IMG/VR virus record: IMGVR_UViG_3300033553_000842
Coordinates: 9,142 to 73,141 of that record
Reading direction: 5' to 3' (one strand)
DNA from: a virus
Length of the DNA stretch: 64,000 nucleotides
The translations under genes were made by a program, and so were the position numbers. Below are positions 61,755 through 64,000 of this stretch, in pieces (the first letter of the stretch is position 1; the number at the start of each line of letters is the position of its first letter). The notes beneath the pieces are model-generated. The model was given only the letters and a program-made list of their open reading frames with translations. It made no database searches and was not told the DNA's origin.

Positions 61755-62414
61755 TTAAGCGGCCAGCTCGAAGGCAACGACGCCCCAAGTGTACCCGTTC
61801 GATCCGTTGACTTCCTCGGCAGAGATGAGGACGTCGACTTCTTCACCAAGCTTACCTGCGGCCGAAACCTCACGGTAGAACTCAGTCCAGCCACCCCAGT
61901 TGGACATGGAGAGGGTGTGACCCATCTTCGTGCCCTTCTTGATGACGTTTTCCTTCATCTTCACATCCTGGTCGAGGACCATGATGATGTCAGCGGAAGG
62001 GAAGGGGTTGGACTTCGGTGCAATGCTTTTCACCATCGCGATCTGGTCACCCCAGTTGCCGCCTTTGTCGGAAGTGACACCGTCGTAGGTCGAGGCGTAG
62101 CTGACAGGGCTACCCCATTTGATCGACTGCTTGACGAAGAAACCCTCGTCTTCGACCATGGTGACCTTCACCTTGACCTTCTCAGTGATCAGACCCTTTT
62201 CGGTCCCGATCTTCATGCCGTCTTCCTTGACCTTGAGCCAAGTATCGACGGAGTTGCTGATACCGGTTGAGTTCCCCATCGTTTCCATCGACGGCTTCGC
62301 CATAGGTGTAGCGTTTTGATTGGTGTGAGCTGGGGGGGTGTAGGTCGCTTCAGCTTCGACGATCTCGCCGGCGGTTTCCTGAGCGGCCTTGATTGCTGCG
62401 TTAATATCAGCCAT
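61755..62414 (-). CDS. Putative single-stranded DNA-binding protein
   Basis: Start MADINAAI with GAAGGA RBS; beta-rich and aromatic; lies between helicase and polymerase; function inferred from position. Confidence 0.5.
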   Translation of the reverse strand: MADINAAIKAAQETAGEIVEAEATYTPPAHTNQNATPMAKPSMETMGNSTGISNSVDTWLKVKEDGMKIGTEKGLITEKVKVKVTMVEDEGFFVKQSIKWGSPVSYASTYDGVTSDKGGNWGDQIAMVKSIAPKSNPFPSADIIMVLDQDVKMKENVIKKGTKMGHTLSMSNWGGWTEFYREVSAAGKLGEEVDVLISAEEVNGSNGYTWGVVAFELAA

Positions 62415-62575
62415 GTTTGTATTTCCTTCTGTGTTTCGCTTGTGCTTCGCTAAAGTCCTGCGGCCTGGAGGAACGGGGGGAGGAGTTGTAGCTCCGTCCC
62501 CCCACCCAGACAACATGGACAAGTACTTTCTGAACCAAAGTAGTGATTCAATCAACTGGTTTATTTACTTGATTA

Positions 62576-64000
62576 CTATGTAAAGTCCGTCATAGACAAC
62601 GTCCCTCCTTTTTTCATGTTTTTGCGTTTGCGGCCGCTCTCCTGGAGATCGAGCCGCTCGGTTCTGTCATCGACGTCCGAGGCTAACCTGGACTTGTCGT
62701 CGATGATCCCAAAGACCCTGTCTTCGATCTTGGAATTTCGGTATTTCATCACCGTGATCAGCAGCGGGGTCTTACGCACCCCCCGGATACCGCGGCGATA
62801 GGCTTGGACAAACGAGCTGTCCAGGCAGTCGAGACTGGTGAACACGATATGGTTCACAAATCCCCAGTTGAAGCCGACCGCGGCGGTTGCGGGGGAGGCC
62901 ACGATGACGTCGATCTCCCCGGCCCGGAAGCCTTCGTCGATCGCGACCCGCCGCTTCGAAGGGACGGTGCCGTTGATCAGACCCACGCGGAGCCCCAGCT
63001 TCTGTGCGATTTCCACGATCCGTTCCTGGCTTGGCACCAGTGCGGAGAACACCACCATTTGCTCATTAGTCTCCCTGGCATGTGTGAGATGGATCAGCAG
63101 GCGCTCTTCTTTTCCGGTGCGCTTGATCTTGTCCAGTGGCTCCCCGAAGGTTTGGGGGTGTTCCATAAGTTGGCGGGACCTGATGAAGTTGACGCCCGGG
63201 AGTGTTCCCTCAAGCCAGCTGTCCTCAAGTTCGAGGAGAGCTGTTTCTTCAAACTCCTTGTACGCCTCATACTGTTTCGGGTCCATATCACAGGCTTCGA
63301 TCACGATCGCCTTCATCTCTTTACCGTAGGCTTGAGCGAAGGTCTGACGAACCCCATACCTTCCGAGGAATTTGGAAATCGGTGAGGGGTTTATCCAAGC
63401 CACCGTCTTGCCGTAGGAGTCCTTGAGAGAGTGAAACGCCTCAAACTGGTCATAGCCATGGGGGTAAAGCTTTGGGTCGCACAGCTGAATGCAGGAATAG
63501 ACTGAGGACAGCCGGCCATTGATGATCGTACCAGTCATGGCCAGGAAATACTTGATGTGCTTCATGGCATTGAACATGTTAGTTGTCCGGGCCGAGGTCG
63601 GCCCCCCATACCCCATGTGAAGTTCGTCACTGACATGGAGATCAATATCCGGATGGTATCCTAGAAGCTCTCTCCAGTTGGTGGAGAAGCAATCGAACCC
63701 CATCAGGAACACCTTGGCATCAGCCTGCATCTGCTTCGTGCGCTGCTTGGCGGTGCCATCAACGATGATCACATCCTCAGGAGAGAACTCAGAGAAGAGC
63801 AGCAGCTCGTCGAGATTCTTCTGAAGAAGGCTCTTTGGCATCGTCCAGACCGACCTGTTTTTCAGGCTGCTCCAGTGGTAATACATATAGACGCAGGCAG
63901 GAGGGGTCTTGCCACACCCGGGATCGCTAAGATCCAGGCACCTTGGTGTTTTCATATAGAAGGCGAGATGCGCTACTTGCGCGGGTCTAAGTTCAGGCAT
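62576..64000 (-). CDS. Superfamily 2 (SNF2-like) helicase
   Basis: DPGCGKT, DELH, MTGT, VGFN, QAYRRGIRG motifs. Confidence 0.9.
   Translation of the reverse strand: MPELRPAQVAHLAFYMKTPRCLDLSDPGCGKTPPACVYMYYHWSSLKNRSVWTMPKSLLQKNLDELLLFSEFSPEDVIIVDGTAKQRTKQMQADAKVFLMGFDCFSTNWRELLGYHPDIDLHVSDELHMGYGGPTSARTTNMFNAMKHIKYFLAMTGTIINGRLSSVYSCIQLCDPKLYPHGYDQFEAFHSLKDSYGKTVAWINPSPISKFLGRYGVRQTFAQAYGKEMKAIVIEACDMDPKQYEAYKEFEETALLELEDSWLEGTLPGVNFIRSRQLMEHPQTFGEPLDKIKRTGKEERLLIHLTHARETNEQMVVFSALVPSQERIVEIAQKLGLRVGLINGTVPSKRRVAIDEGFRAGEIDVIVASPATAAVGFNWGFVNHIVFTSLDCLDSSFVQAYRRGIRGVRKTPLLITVMKYRNSKIEDRVFGIIDDKSRLASDVDDRTERLDLQESGRKRKNMKKGGTLSMTDFT

Noticed and set aside
62415-62555. N-terminal extension of the 266-aa ORF, or a tRNA in this gap
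   Set aside because: A better RBS precedes ATG 62414; the stem-loop lacks a cloverleaf and TTC T-loop.
1-64000. Prophage or lysogeny module
   Set aside because: No integrase, CI-like repressor, partition genes or flanking host genes seen; lifestyle cannot be settled because the genome may extend beyond the window.

Overview
This window is most or all of a tailed dsDNA phage genome of siphovirus type (lambda-like tail tip, 1822-aa tape measure). The host is probably a Rhodobacteraceae/roseobacter-type alphaproteobacterium, inferred from a GapR homolog and a B12-dependent RNR. Layout: (i) 1-9.1 kb, minus-strand cluster of small early genes including ArdA, punctuated by a repeated TGCGCA-N3-TGCGCA palindrome and a repeated hairpin-embedded RBS; (ii) 9.2-12.3 kb, minus-strand primase-helicase; (iii) 12.4-47.6 kb, plus-strand terminase, head, tail, tail-tip, fibre and lysis genes; (iv) 47.6-64 kb, minus-strand nucleotide metabolism and replication genes (NrdJ, MazG, ThyX, dNMP kinase, SbcCD-like, MTase, HNH-AP2, exonuclease, resolvase, GapR, HD hydrolase, family A polymerase, putative SSB, SF2 helicase). 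The most striking observation is a nested genes-in-pieces arrangement in the host-recognition locus. The J-like tail tip gene appears split inside a carbohydrate-binding domain by a ~4.2-kb lectin cassette, and both halves carry the same 231-bp repeat array. The lectin gene in that cassette is itself cut in two by an intron-less HNH endonuclease that supplies the RBS and start codon for the second half. No integrase, tRNA, rRNA or CRISPR array was seen. All family assignments come from motif recognition by eye; no database search was run.
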